Source of the DNA: a virus
Taxonomy: Duplodnaviria; Caudoviricetes
Strand: one strand, 5' to 3'
IMG/VR virus record: IMGVR_UViG_3300021082_000023
Span: 794-64,793 of that record
Length of the DNA: 64,000 nt
In this document: piece after piece, positions 24,656 through 34,380 of the stretch
Position numbering within the stretch: position 1 is the stretch's first letter
How the letters are laid out: every line of letters begins with the position of its first letter
Program-made: the position numbers and the translations under genes
Notes under the pieces: model-generated
Told to the model about the DNA's origin: nothing
Seen by the model: only the letters and a program-made list of their open reading frames with translations
The model's database searches: none

Positions 24656-25240
24656 TTATTCACCGAAGCGAAAAACGAGTCCACCGCTGATCCGAAAGCC
24701 TCCAGAATGCGTGTCGTACTGATTAAAGTAGATGTAGCTGTAATCGAATTGCGCAGGCCTGAACGCAAACCAAGGTTTGATCGCGATATCCAAGCCGCCC
24801 CCAAAAGCCAAACTTAGACCATTGGTCGATTGAGAAGCCGTTATTGTCGTCCCCGCAATGTAGCTGGAGCTTGCTCCTGTCAGATGTGAGCCGCCAAACA
24901 GGACTTCACCAAACGTTGTGACGCGCCGTCCACGTCTCGCAACAAACTTCGGGCCAAATCGGTAGTTCGTGATCGTCACGCCGAGCGATGAATACGTGCC
25001 GCTTTCCACGGCAACATCCGCCACAATGCCGATGGATTTCCATGGATAGATAGTCAGCGATACATCTCCTCCGTAGAGGTCGATACTTCCCTGCTGCGCG
25101 TAGGACAGCAGATTCCATCCGATTTCATAACCTCGATACGTGTTCGGCGCTTCCTTCTGGGGCGGCGTCTGTGGCGGCGCCTGAGCGAATGCAGGAATGG
25201 ACAGTGCGAGCAAAATGCAAACGGTCGCGAAAATTTTCAA
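24656..25240 (-). CDS. Outer-membrane beta-barrel protein (Lom/OmpW-like moron)
   Basis: GGAGG RBS then TTG; signal peptide ending PAFA-Q; amphipathic strands; C-terminal GGLVFRFG. Confidence 0.85.
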   Translation of the reverse strand: MKIFATVCILLALSIPAFAQAPPQTPPQKEAPNTYRGYEIGWNLLSYAQQGSIDLYGGDVSLTIYPWKSIGIVADVAVESGTYSSLGVTITNYRFGPKFVARRGRRVTTFGEVLFGGSHLTGASSSYIAGTTITASQSTNGLSLAFGGGLDIAIKPWFAFRPAQFDYSYIYFNQYDTHSGGFRISGGLVFRFGE

Positions 25241-25531
25241 GTGGTCCTCCAATTGGTGTGCTCAAAGGAGGGACACTCTACTCCGAAAAATACATTCACG
25301 GTCGAGAATTTTTGACAATGGCCAGAATTCGCCATTGGTAGATGACTGGCACCGAAATAAAACCTTCGTCCATGTCAGTGGACAGGCGTGCATGATGCCG
25401 ACCTGGAAATCGAGAAAGGATTCTCATGGCCAAACGAAAGCGCCTGCCAAAGTACTACGGCAAGATGTCGCGACAGCTTCACTATATTGTTCTGAATGGA
25501 TACCCCGAGGAGCGTAGCGGACTGCGCATTG

Positions 25532-25894
25532 TCATTTCTGAGATTTTTCGCTTCGTTTCTCGTCGGCTAAGAGTGCGTCGATAAATCCTTCAAGCGCCTT
25601 ACGCTTTTCTGGCAGCACCAGCGCAATCTTCAATAAACGAATCGTTTCTCTTTGAGCGGCGATGGAATCCAGCTCCTCGCTATCTGCCATTTCGTTTAAG
25701 TAAGGAATCATGGCCTTTCCGAAATGATTCAGCCAGGCATCCAGGACTGTAATTTTAGGAGCCCGCTGTTTCTTCTCGATCGCCTGAACGGTTGCATAGG
25801 AAATATCAATCTTCTCTGCGAGCGCACGAGTACTCAGATTTTTCGATTTTCGTAACGCGCGTAGGTCTTCCGCAATCCTACCCATATCGACCAT
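25532..25894 (-). CDS. CI-like XRE repressor
   Basis: LRALRKSKNLSTRALAEKIDISYATVQAIEKKQRAP; divergent from cro; start uncertain. Confidence 0.85.
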   Translation of the reverse strand: MVDMGRIAEDLRALRKSKNLSTRALAEKIDISYATVQAIEKKQRAPKITVLDAWLNHFGKAMIPYLNEMADSEELDSIAAQRETIRLLKIALVLPEKRKALEGFIDALLADEKRSEKSQK

Positions 25895-25997
25895 GTCAGA
25901 GAGGGTAAACCGGTCGCTGAGAATTTCTGAAACAAACTGCTTGACATTGTTTCGTGTCTCTGACATAAATACGTGCCATGCGGTACGACTTCAGAAA
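25893..25997. promoter_or_regulatory. cI/cro switch region with promoter and operator-like repeats
   Basis: TTGACA at 25941 flanked by GAAACAA-N11-TTGTTTC; TGTCAGAGA (25894) and TCTCTGACA (25957) are inverted copies. Confidence 0.6.
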
Positions 25998-26208
25998 AGT
26001 TCAGGAGGCGATCACGGTCAGCGGGAAAACTCTTCGCGCTGCCGAGGAGTTGACTGGCGTTCCATACACAACCATCGGACGTGCGTTGAAAACTGGCCGG
26101 GCGCACCAATCCACAGCGTTGCGGCTCATTGAAGGTTTCCGTAGCGAAGGATTTGACATCGTCATGGAAGACATTTTGGTTCAGCCGCGAAGAAAGAAAT
26201 ATGCGTGA
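25978..26208 (+). CDS. Cro-like HTH protein
   Basis: TLRAAEELTGVPYTTIGRALKTG; first gene of the rightward operon. Confidence 0.75.
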   Translation: MRYDFRKVQEAITVSGKTLRAAEELTGVPYTTIGRALKTGRAHQSTALRLIEGFRSEGFDIVMEDILVQPRRKKYA

Positions 26209-26423
26209 AACCTGCAAGGGAAACGACCGTTGCCGTTTCGTCGCGAATGTGTCGGAAGAGAGGCTGTCAGCGGTCCGGGAGTTATGCGCGGGAACTCTGC
26301 GAGCCGTGCTACCGGCAAACATGCAAATACGTGAGCGACGGAGTTACAACGTGGAGCCGTCTTGAGGCTCAAGGGAAAGTAGCGGAGCGGAAGCCAACCT
26401 TGAAGGAATGGCTTCTTAGTTAA
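26205..26423 (+). CDS. Small Zn-binding protein
   Basis: CRKRGC...LCEPCY...VTTWSRLEAQG. Confidence 0.55.
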   Translation: MKPARETTVAVSSRMCRKRGCQRSGSYARELCEPCYRQTCKYVSDGVTTWSRLEAQGKVAERKPTLKEWLLS

Positions 26424-26510
26424 CAACACATCGGGATTGACGGGCGCTCTGGCAGGCACCCAACGACATCCGGATTTAACGACGAATGGATCAGAGAGGA
26501 GAGGTGCGTC

Positions 26511-26978
26511 TTGTCGAAAGTGGTCAAAGACATTACCGGAACCCGGTTCGGCAAATTAACCGTCCTTCGATACGAAGAAAAAAGAGGAAGGCTGCACTAC
26601 TGGCGTTCCCGTTGCGAATGTGGAGCGCTCGTCATTAAGAGTACGTACCGCACAAAAGAGGGGCGTTCTTGCGGGTGCTTGCTACGCCGAAAGCTCGGAG
26701 CCTCGCTCGTCGGAGTTAAAAGCGTCCCGGAGTATAGCGTCTGGCGTTCCATGAAGCAGCGCTGCACCAATCCTCATGTCCGCAATTACCAGAACTACGG
26801 CGGACGTGGAATCGCAGTCTGTGAACGCTGGCAATCCTTTGAAGCCTTCATGTCCGATATGGGATCTCGTCCCGCAGGCCATTCCATTGAACGCATCAAC
26901 AACGACGGCAACTACGAGCCCGGGAACTGTAAATGGGCGACCCGTAAAGAACAGGCGAACAATCGGAGGGCGGCATGA
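26511..26978 (+). CDS. HNH homing endonuclease
   Basis: [50 protein letters not shown]. Confidence 0.88.
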   Translation: MSKVVKDITGTRFGKLTVLRYEEKRGRLHYWRSRCECGALVIKSTYRTKEGRSCGCLLRRKLGASLVGVKSVPEYSVWRSMKQRCTNPHVRNYQNYGGRGIAVCERWQSFEAFMSDMGSRPAGHSIERINNDGNYEPGNCKWATRKEQANNRRAA

Positions 26979-27121
26979 GCGTCACGCTGGAACAATTCTA
27001 CGAAGACCTCGGCCTGATTCGTTGCGACGTGTGTTCCGGCGAGACCTTGGATCTAGTTCCCATCGGCAAGCTGCGCGTCTGCAAAGAGTGCGTCAGCCCG
27101 AAGAAGGCTTGCTGTGAATAG
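26975..27121 (+). CDS. Small Cys-rich protein (48 aa)
   Basis: CDVC...CKEC; ATGA overlap. Confidence 0.5.
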   Translation: MSVTLEQFYEDLGLIRCDVCSGETLDLVPIGKLRVCKECVSPKKACCE

Positions 27122-27205
27122 TCGAACCAGCTTGTACCTCCTGATTGTATTCACAGTCGCCGCCGTCATCCTGGGCGCGTTCGCTCTCGCGGGAGGGATC
27201 CAGCC

Positions 27206-27433
27206 ATGAAGCCAGACTTCGAGGGCCTCACCTGCGAAACCTGCCACTTCGATAACCCGGCCGCCGCCGTGGTGGATGGTGAACTGCGATGCCTCGATTG
27301 CATCACGGGACTCATTCAATTCGAAGCGCATATGAAGGAATTCCCGAAGTCGATTCCCAGCCAGTCCCACGAGCAGAAGCGATACCCGACCATCAGCGGA
27401 CGCCAGAACCCGTTCTTTTCATACGAAAGGTAA
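27206..27433 (+). CDS. Small Zn-binding protein
   Basis: CETC...CLDC. Confidence 0.5.
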   Translation: MKPDFEGLTCETCHFDNPAAAVVDGELRCLDCITGLIQFEAHMKEFPKSIPSQSHEQKRYPTISGRQNPFFSYER

Positions 27434-27435
27434 TC

Positions 27436-28308
27436 ATGAGCACACTACAGGGCACAGAGCCCAATCTCGAACCATCCACCGGATACCAGGCCCCGAAGCG
27501 CCCGCAACTCCACTTCTCCGGGCTCGACAAGCTTTGGGGCTGCGGCGAGCAGTTCCGCCGCATCTATATCGAGAAAGAACGGCCCGATGCCAACGCCGCG
27601 ATCCTTGCCGGTATTGCCGTCGACCGTTCTGTGACGATGAACCTCGAAAGCAAAATCACCACTGGCGCCCTACTGCCGATCGAACAGATCAAGGATAAGG
27701 CCCGCGACGTGGTCGAGTCGGAATGGAAGCTACGCACGATCGTGATGACGGCGGATGAGAAAGCGGCCGGGGAATCTGCAACACGCGGCGCCGTAATCGA
27801 TAAGTCCATACGCCTGGCTGCGCTCCACGCCCGTGAGATTGCGCCGAAGATCAACCCGATCCACGTCGCGCGGAAGTGGTCGATCGAGATCCCGGGCTTC
27901 CCTTTTGATCTGGTGGGTGAAATCGATGTACAGGAAAAGGAAGGCCCGCGCGATACAAAGACCTCCGGCAAGAGTCCCGTCGCCAACATTGCGGACCTGT
28001 CCGATCAGGGCACCATGTATTCCCTCGCGCTGAAGGTGCTCGACGGTGTGACTCCGGAGCGCTTCGTCCTCGACTACCTCGTCGACAACAAGACGCCCGT
28101 GGCGAAAAGCTTCACGTCCACACGCAACGACGATGATTTCCGCGTCCTGATGTCGCGCATCGAGAACGCCGCCGAAGCCATTCAGAAAGGTGTCTTTGTT
28201 CCCGCCCAGCCCACCGACTGGCGCTGCAGCATGAAGTGGTGTGGATTCGCTTCGACCTGCCGCTATTTCAAGAAACCCAAATCTGTAGTGATCGAACAGG
28301 GAGAGTAA
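27436..28308 (+). CDS. PD-(D/E)XK exonuclease (RecB/Cas4-like), partner of RecT
   Basis: GEIDV...DTKT; one N-terminal Cys plus CSMKWCGFASTC (Fe-S type). Confidence 0.85.
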   Translation: MSTLQGTEPNLEPSTGYQAPKRPQLHFSGLDKLWGCGEQFRRIYIEKERPDANAAILAGIAVDRSVTMNLESKITTGALLPIEQIKDKARDVVESEWKLRTIVMTADEKAAGESATRGAVIDKSIRLAALHAREIAPKINPIHVARKWSIEIPGFPFDLVGEIDVQEKEGPRDTKTSGKSPVANIADLSDQGTMYSLALKVLDGVTPERFVLDYLVDNKTPVAKSFTSTRNDDDFRVLMSRIENAAEAIQKGVFVPAQPTDWRCSMKWCGFASTCRYFKKPKSVVIEQGE

Positions 28309-28310
28309 TC

Positions 28311-28493
28311 ATGGGAATGGAAAACGCCACCCGCCCGGTACCGCCAAACACCAGCGAAGGCTGCTACGTCTGCGGAGAAGGCCTCAACGAAGTCCTCGTA
28401 TCCAAACTTGTCAGCGGGGCCAGCGTGTCGCTGTGCTCCAAACACGTCGATGTCAAGTCGGTCGACTCAAAACCATTCCAATGGAAGAAATGA
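28311..28493 (+). CDS. Small Zn-binding protein
   Basis: CYVC...CSKH; GGAG RBS. Confidence 0.5.
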   Translation: MGMENATRPVPPNTSEGCYVCGEGLNEVLVSKLVSGASVSLCSKHVDVKSVDSKPFQWKK

Positions 28494-28508
28494 AAGGAAC
28501 GCTGAACC

Positions 28509-29711
28509 ATGGCTGAAACCGCTGTCCAGACCCGAGAAAAAGAAGGTGCGAAGACCGCGCTCGCACTATTGCAGAAGATGAAGCCCAGCATCGCGGCGGT
28601 GCTTCCGAAGCACATGACACCCGAACGCATGTCGATGATTGCCTTTACGGCGATGCGCCGGAATCCCAAGCTGCTCGACTGCTCAATGGAGTCGATCGCC
28701 GGTTCCATCATGACCGCGGCGATCCTCGGGCTCGAGCCGTCCGGTCCGCTCGGGCACGGTGCCTTGGTTCCCTACAAGGGCGAGTGTCAATTCCAGCCCA
28801 TGTATCAAGGACTGCTCGATCTCGCGCGACGATCCGGAAACATTAAGGACGTCCAGTGCCGCGCCGTCTACAAGGGCGATCATTACCTGTTTCGTTTTGG
28901 GCTGGAGCCGACGATCGAACACGTTCCAATGGAAGGCGAAGGAGCCGACGATCCCAACCGCGAATGCACGCACGTGTATTGCATCATCCGATTCACCAAT
29001 GGCGGCGTGCAGTGGGATCAGATGTCGATGGCCGAGGCGATCGCGCACGCGAGACGATTTTCGAAAACGGCGGAGGGGAAAGGATTCAAGGCCAACACGC
29101 CCTGGGCGGAACATCCGGTGCCGATGGCCATGAAGACGATCCTGAAGCGCACGCTGAAGTATTGCCCCAAGTCTCCGGAAATGGCAGCGGTGATGATGAT
29201 GGACGATGCTGCCGACAATGGAAAGAAAGCCAAACTCCAGACCAATGACGATGGAACGTTCGACGTGGAGTTTGAATTTCCAGCCGAAGCCCAGGAGCGC
29301 GAGAAAGGGACCGTCGACCTCGAGTCCCTGAAGCCCGGCACCGAACAGAACCGCGGTCATGGCAACGATGGGCTCGATCAGGTCAAGGGCAACGGATCTG
29401 CAAAAGTCGAGACGCTTGAAGAGCAACGCAAGAAAGCCGCCACCCAAGGTGGCACGACGTCCGAGGCAACCAAACCCGAAGCTTCCGCGACTTCGTCAAC
29501 CGGGGTAGATCCGGAAGCTTCACTCACCGAAGACCAGCAGGATCAGCTCGAATCCATCCGCACGCAGCAGAACATCCAACTGAAAACCTTTAAGGCGTGG
29601 ATCCTTGCCGCCTTCGATATCAAGCTGACGTCCCAACTGCGGCAGAAACATTTCGATCGATGCCGGCGCTGGTGCGAAGCCGGCGGGCAGGAGGAATCCG
29701 ATGCGAAGTAA
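28509..29711 (+). CDS. recT: RecT-family single-strand annealing protein
   Basis: NPKLLDCSMESI, LGLEP, YQGLLDLARRSG, MAMKTILKRTLKYCPKS. Confidence 0.92.
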   Translation: MAETAVQTREKEGAKTALALLQKMKPSIAAVLPKHMTPERMSMIAFTAMRRNPKLLDCSMESIAGSIMTAAILGLEPSGPLGHGALVPYKGECQFQPMYQGLLDLARRSGNIKDVQCRAVYKGDHYLFRFGLEPTIEHVPMEGEGADDPNRECTHVYCIIRFTNGGVQWDQMSMAEAIAHARRFSKTAEGKGFKANTPWAEHPVPMAMKTILKRTLKYCPKSPEMAAVMMMDDAADNGKKAKLQTNDDGTFDVEFEFPAEAQEREKGTVDLESLKPGTEQNRGHGNDGLDQVKGNGSAKVETLEEQRKKAATQGGTTSEATKPEASATSSTGVDPEASLTEDQQDQLESIRTQQNIQLKTFKAWILAAFDIKLTSQLRQKHFDRCRRWCEAGGQEESDAK

Positions 29712-31104
29712 AAACGACAAGCCCGCGGTGCGCGTGGTGAAACTCCGACTCCATAATTTTATGGGCATCAGCGATGCCGAAATTGAACCCGGCAAGGTGA
29801 CACTGGTTCGCGGCTCGAACGGCGTCGGCAAGACCACAATTCTTGAAGGATTCAAATCGGCTTTGAGGGGTGGCCATGACGGTTCGCTCATCCGCCAGGG
29901 CGAGGAATCCGCTGAAGTGGGATTGATCCTCTCCGATGGCGTCGAGATTGAAAAGCGCATCCGCGAGACCGACTCCAAAACGCAGGTCACGCATCCGGAT
30001 TTCGGAAAACTCTCGAAGCCTGCGGCCTATCTCGACAACCTGCGCGATGCGTTCGCCATCAATCCCATCGATTTCCTGCAGGCAAAGCCGGAGCGGCGCG
30101 TCGAGTTGCTGTTGTCGGCAATCCCGATGGCGGTCAATCCTGTCGACCTGGCCGGGATCAAGGAGCTCTGCGCCAGCGCTCCGGATTTGTCGCAGCACGC
30201 CCTGCAGGTTCTTGCCGGCATCCAGAAGGATCTCGAAGACCAGCGCCGCGACATCAACCGATCGGCGAAGGAGAAGCGCGCGTCGGTGCTGGAGATGACG
30301 AAGGCACTGCCGACGGAGGCCACGGCAGCCAATGCAAAGACGGTGCTGAATTCCGTGGAGTTGGAGTACTCCGACTTCCGGGACAAATTCGAGAAAGAAA
30401 AAGCATCGATCGTGGCCGTTGCGAATGATCGCGTGAATGATCTGAAAGAAGAGATGCGTCTCCGGCTCGAAGATGCAGCCCGTGCGCTGGATAAGGAAAT
30501 TGAGGCGGTCCGAAAAAAGCACGCCGCGGGAGTCGACGCAATTCGAGCAGCGGCCACTCAGGAGATTGATTCGGTCAGTACTTCCGCAAGGAAGCGTATG
30601 GATGCTCTCTCCGAAAATCGCGCAGCGAAAACTCAGGAATTTGAATCCGCCCTGGCCACCGCTCGTGCCAACTCGGACGCCTTCATTCGTGCCCAGTCCG
30701 CCCGCGATCATATCGCCCGCATGGAATCTAGCGCGGCGACGCTCGAAGCGGATTCCGAATCCCTGACGACGGCACTCTCCGAACTCGACAGCGTCCGGGG
30801 AAACCTATTGGAGAGCCTACCCATCAAAGGCGTGACGCTCGTCGACGGCGACATCTACGTCGATGGAATTCCGTTTGATCGCGTCAATGAATCCCGGCGG
30901 ATGCGTCTCGCCATTGAGGTGGCGATGCTGCGTTCCGGATCGCTGCCATTCATTGCCATCGACGGCGCAGAAGCTTTGGATCATGCCAGTCTGCGGATGC
31001 TGGCCGATGTTGCCGTGGAGATGGGCGTTCAGATGGTATTAGGGATTGTCGAGGATGGGCCGGACGGAGAACACCGTCCACTGGAAATCCGAAAGCTTGC
31101 ATGA
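29701..31104 (+). CDS. SMC/Rad50-like AAA ATPase
   Basis: GSNGVGKT Walker A, long coiled coil, IAIDGAEALD Walker B/D-loop. Confidence 0.85.
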   Translation: MRSKNDKPAVRVVKLRLHNFMGISDAEIEPGKVTLVRGSNGVGKTTILEGFKSALRGGHDGSLIRQGEESAEVGLILSDGVEIEKRIRETDSKTQVTHPDFGKLSKPAAYLDNLRDAFAINPIDFLQAKPERRVELLLSAIPMAVNPVDLAGIKELCASAPDLSQHALQVLAGIQKDLEDQRRDINRSAKEKRASVLEMTKALPTEATAANAKTVLNSVELEYSDFRDKFEKEKASIVAVANDRVNDLKEEMRLRLEDAARALDKEIEAVRKKHAAGVDAIRAAATQEIDSVSTSARKRMDALSENRAAKTQEFESALATARANSDAFIRAQSARDHIARMESSAATLEADSESLTTALSELDSVRGNLLESLPIKGVTLVDGDIYVDGIPFDRVNESRRMRLAIEVAMLRSGSLPFIAIDGAEALDHASLRMLADVAVEMGVQMVLGIVEDGPDGEHRPLEIRKLA

Positions 31105-31337
31105 ATTGCCCAGAATGCCAATCGCCATTCTCTCCCTTTGTGGAGCAGACGGCCGCCTCGCTTCCCTACTCCGGCGCCGCCTGCGTGAATTGCGGCGAGG
31201 TTTCGATTTCGGAGTTTGGGCAGCTTCGCAAGATGACACCGGGAGAAGCGGCTGATCCGTGCTGGGTCAAGTTGGTGGCTGTGGCGCGGGTGGCAATCCG
31301 GCAGCAGCGGGTGATGCGGATGGCGGCGAGGAATTGA
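31101..31337 (+). CDS. Small Zn-binding protein
   Basis: CPEC...CVNC; ATGA overlap. Confidence 0.55.
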   Translation: MNCPECQSPFSPFVEQTAASLPYSGAACVNCGEVSISEFGQLRKMTPGEAADPCWVKLVAVARVAIRQQRVMRMAARN

Positions 31338-31721
31338 AGTCTCGGGTCTGGATGACTTTGGACGTGGGAGACGGACCTTTTAAATGTCACTAGAAACGTC
31401 TCGGGCTGGCCCACCGCAGCAAGAAACGGGCCGCAGGTTTCCGCAACTCTCTTCCGTGATGCGCACGGAGGTTCAGGGCAAGCAACGTAGGCGCGGCCTG
31501 ATCTGTGAAGCGGCCGGTGAGTTGTCCGGCAGTTGCGGATTTCAAATTCCCTCTGCCAATTGAGGGAGTCACCGGGCGGTGTGTCCGGTGTTTTAAGGAA
31601 GTGGCAGCGGGCTGAAGGCAAGGACGCTGCCAACTCCTCTAACCAGGACCTGGCGGCTGGACTGTGGAGGTTGCTTCGGTCATGCCAAACAGCCGCCTGG
31701 CACGAATGAGGATCTGACGTC
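31338..31721 (+). ncRNA. Candidate structured RNA
   Basis: 384-bp gap in a tightly coupled operon containing at least 7 stems of 5-9 bp. Confidence 0.5.
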
Positions 31722-31970
31722 ATGAATAGTCCGAAAATCATGGACGAACTCTGGCAGACCTATCTGGCGATTCTTCCGGCGAGTGCATCGTCGACTCAGA
31801 TTATTGAAACCCGGCGCGCATTTTACGCGGGAGCGCAGGCACTGTTTCACAAGGTACTACTCGGTCTCAGCGATGGCCCGGAATGTGAAGAGCCGGACCT
31901 CGCATTACTGGATGGCATCCACGCCGAACTCAACGAATTCTGCTTACTGATTAAGAGAGGTCTCGCATGA
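31722..31970 (+). CDS. Conserved phage hypothetical protein
   Basis: ETRRAFYAGAQALF motif. Confidence 0.65.
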   Translation: MNSPKIMDELWQTYLAILPASASSTQIIETRRAFYAGAQALFHKVLLGLSDGPECEEPDLALLDGIHAELNEFCLLIKRGLA

Positions 31971-32161
31971 TCCCCACCCTCGGAGATTTCTACATCGTGT
32001 TCACCAGCGCCCTCGGGCACGCGCTTTTGGGGTACCTGGTTTGGATTGGATTCAAACAGACCCGCAAGGAATCGCAGCTGGGCCAGCGCGTCATCGAAGT
32101 GGCGGAGGGGCAAGTCGCCGAAGACGAGTCAAGGCCGCGGGCGTTGAGGCCGATCGGATGA
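31967..32161 (+). CDS. Small membrane protein
   Basis: One TM segment; coupled overlaps. Confidence 0.5.
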   Translation: MIPTLGDFYIVFTSALGHALLGYLVWIGFKQTRKESQLGQRVIEVAEGQVAEDESRPRALRPIG

Positions 32162-32394
32162 GCAGCTTCGATTCTTCCCGCACCTTACTTGCCCTCGAAT
32201 TGCTCCGGAAGATCCGGGACAAGATTGCCGCCGGTGCGGAGTTTTCGAATACCGACAGCGGGAGAGCCTCCAACGAGTTCTACACGCGCACGCGGGATCG
32301 GGCGAAGCAGTTCTCCGAACGCACCAACATCAGCGAGGGTGAGTTGTCTTTCCTGCAGGGGATCGAAGCGCGACTCAGGGGAAAGAGGAAATGA
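32158..32394 (+). CDS. Hypothetical protein
   Basis: ATGA overlaps. Confidence 0.5.
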   Translation: MSSFDSSRTLLALELLRKIRDKIAAGAEFSNTDSGRASNEFYTRTRDRAKQFSERTNISEGELSFLQGIEARLRGKRK

Positions 32395-32678
32395 CGGAAC
32401 TGCACTATTTCGTCGAGGGCCCGCGAATCAATGTCTGCAGTTCGTGCGGCAAGGAACCGGAGGATGAATGTCACTACCATGCTTCACCGATATTCGCGGG
32501 AGATGGTTACGACGATGACGATACGCAGTTCGAAGAAGACGAAGACGAACTGCCCTTTGATTGTCACATGGGGCCGGACGGGCTTTGCGGCGCGGCCGGT
32601 TCCGAAGATTGCGACTTCGAATGTCCGGTGATGCTGGAGCGGTACGCGGCGGAGCGCAGAAAGGCAGAGAAGAAGTGA
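32391..32678 (+). CDS. Acidic Cys-rich hypothetical protein
   Basis: CSSC, DCHMGPDGLCGAAGSEDCDFECP. Confidence 0.55.
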   Translation: MTELHYFVEGPRINVCSSCGKEPEDECHYHASPIFAGDGYDDDDTQFEEDEDELPFDCHMGPDGLCGAAGSEDCDFECPVMLERYAAERRKAEKK

Positions 32679-32884
32679 CGGACCCTCAGCAAATGTTCGA
32701 GTTTACCGGCAAAGAATACGATTGGGCCATGGAGCGCTTCCACACGCTCATCGGAAAGCTTTCTGTCGTTGCGATGCACTGCCCGCCTCCGGAGCGGCAG
32801 TTTGCCAAAGAAGTCCATCAGGAGTTGATTGATTTCGCTTTCGAGTGGGAACGCTTGTTCGAAGAAAAAGAGGAATCGGAATGA
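32675..32884 (+). CDS. Hypothetical protein
   Basis: GTGA and ATGA overlaps. Confidence 0.5.
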   Translation: MTDPQQMFEFTGKEYDWAMERFHTLIGKLSVVAMHCPPPERQFAKEVHQELIDFAFEWERLFEEKEESE

Positions 32885-33162
32885 AAACTCCCGAAACGTT
32901 CATGGAGTATTTCCGGAAAAACTACCCCGGCCCGAACACGATCATCCATGACCCCGACTGGCACGCGCCGAAGATCTATCGTGTGGCGCTGACGGCGAGC
33001 GCATTCGCGGATCTATTGGCAGCCTGCGAAAAGACGCTGAAGTGGATCGAAAGTGTCCGGGTTAGCGATCCGGATGATCCCCTTCAGAAACTTCAGGATC
33101 AATTCCACGGACCCTATCGGGAAATGCTGGCCGCAGCGATCGCAAAGGCGCGTGTCGAATGA
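32881..33162 (+). CDS. Hypothetical protein
   Basis: GAGG RBS; DLLAACEKTL...AAIAKA motif common in phage early proteins. Confidence 0.55.
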   Translation: MKTPETFMEYFRKNYPGPNTIIHDPDWHAPKIYRVALTASAFADLLAACEKTLKWIESVRVSDPDDPLQKLQDQFHGPYREMLAAAIAKARVE

Positions 33163-33755
33163 AATGCCTATTTATTGACGTGGAGACCTCCGGCACCGAT
33201 TTCAATAAGCACGCCCTGCTGCAGCTGGCCGGTTCCATCTTCGTCGACGGCAAGCAGGTCGATACCTTCAATCTTCAAAGTGCGCCGTTCCCGGGCGATG
33301 TCCTTGAAGACGAAGCCCTCGAGGTCAACGGCCTCACGCGCGAAATGATTGCCACATTCCCGGATCCGAAGACCACCTATCGCAGCTTCACTTCCCTGCT
33401 TTCGAAGCACTGCGACAAGTACCAGCGGGCGGACAAGCTGCACCTTCTGGGCTACAACGCGGATTTTGACGCGGCATTCCTGCGCCGATGGTTTGAGAAG
33501 AACCAGGACAAATACTTCGGAAGCTTCTTTTGGTGGCCCATTCTCGACGTTTCGAAGCTCGCCGGCATTCGGCTGATGTCCACGCGTCACCAGCTCGAGA
33601 ACTTCAAGCTGATCACCGTTGCAAAACACATGGGAATCACCGTCGATGAGGAGAAGGCGCACGACGCCATGTATGACATCCAACTAACGATGGAGATCGC
33701 CCGGATCCTGATCAAGGACATGCCGGCGCTGAAGTTCATGGGGGCGAAGGCGTGA
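33159..33755 (+). CDS. DEDDh 3'-5' exonuclease (DnaQ-like)
   Basis: FIDVETSG, GYNADFD, AHDAMYDI. Confidence 0.9.
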   Translation: MKCLFIDVETSGTDFNKHALLQLAGSIFVDGKQVDTFNLQSAPFPGDVLEDEALEVNGLTREMIATFPDPKTTYRSFTSLLSKHCDKYQRADKLHLLGYNADFDAAFLRRWFEKNQDKYFGSFFWWPILDVSKLAGIRLMSTRHQLENFKLITVAKHMGITVDEEKAHDAMYDIQLTMEIARILIKDMPALKFMGAKA

Positions 33756-34189
33756 TCCTCCCTTTCACCAACGACCTTGTCGTTACCAACAAATTCGATC
33801 CAGAGATGGCAGCAATCGCCGATCGGCATTACTCCCGGCGCACCATTGGGCATCGTCAGTTCCTTCCTCCGGGCCGGACGATTTGCATCCGCGACGCCGA
33901 GGGCCGATTGCTATTCGCGTGGAACTGGCAGATTCCGGAGAAGCGCGCTGACAAGCAGGACGGCTATTACTGTTCGATTTTCCGCAACGAAGGACCGCGT
34001 CGGAGTTCGGAAGTGATTCTGGAATGTGAAGGAATCGCCCGTGAACGCTGGGGCCGAGGGCGGATGTTCACGTACATCAATCCCGAAAAGATTGAGAGCG
34101 TCAATCCCGGCTACTGCTTCAAGTGTGCCGGATGGAAACGCGAGGGGTATTCGGCAATGGGACTGCATTTACTGGTGAAGGCGGCATGA
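33752..34189 (+). CDS. Putative Mom-like (GNAT-fold) DNA modification protein
   Basis: RHYSR, TYINP and NPGYCFKCAGW resemble Mom-family motifs as recalled. Confidence 0.5.
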   Translation: MILPFTNDLVVTNKFDPEMAAIADRHYSRRTIGHRQFLPPGRTICIRDAEGRLLFAWNWQIPEKRADKQDGYYCSIFRNEGPRRSSEVILECEGIARERWGRGRMFTYINPEKIESVNPGYCFKCAGWKREGYSAMGLHLLVKAA

Positions 34190-34380
34190 AGACGAAGCAA
34201 CCTAAACGCCCGGAGCGCCAGATCGTCACGGAGGAGAAGCCCGTCACCATGGAGCGATGGGAGCCAACAGGGCTCTGCTTTTTCTGTCACGAGCCCATTG
34301 AAACCGATCAGAACAGCCCGAGCGAGGCGACGACGCGGCATGTGGAGACGAAGGTGAAGTACGGCGGGTGTCGCGCATGA
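34186..34380 (+). CDS. Small hypothetical protein
   Basis: ATGA overlaps; CFFC. Confidence 0.45.
   Translation: MKTKQPKRPERQIVTEEKPVTMERWEPTGLCFFCHEPIETDQNSPSEATTRHVETKVKYGGCRA

Noticed and set aside
27436-28308. Cas4-type spacer acquisition for the arrays
   Set aside because: It sits with RecT in the usual phage recombination pair, 10 kb away, and there is no cas1 or cas2
31368-31402. tRNA-like arm with a CTTTAAA loop
   Set aside because: The stem does not close a 7-nt loop and there are no D or T arms; kept only as part of the structured RNA candidate
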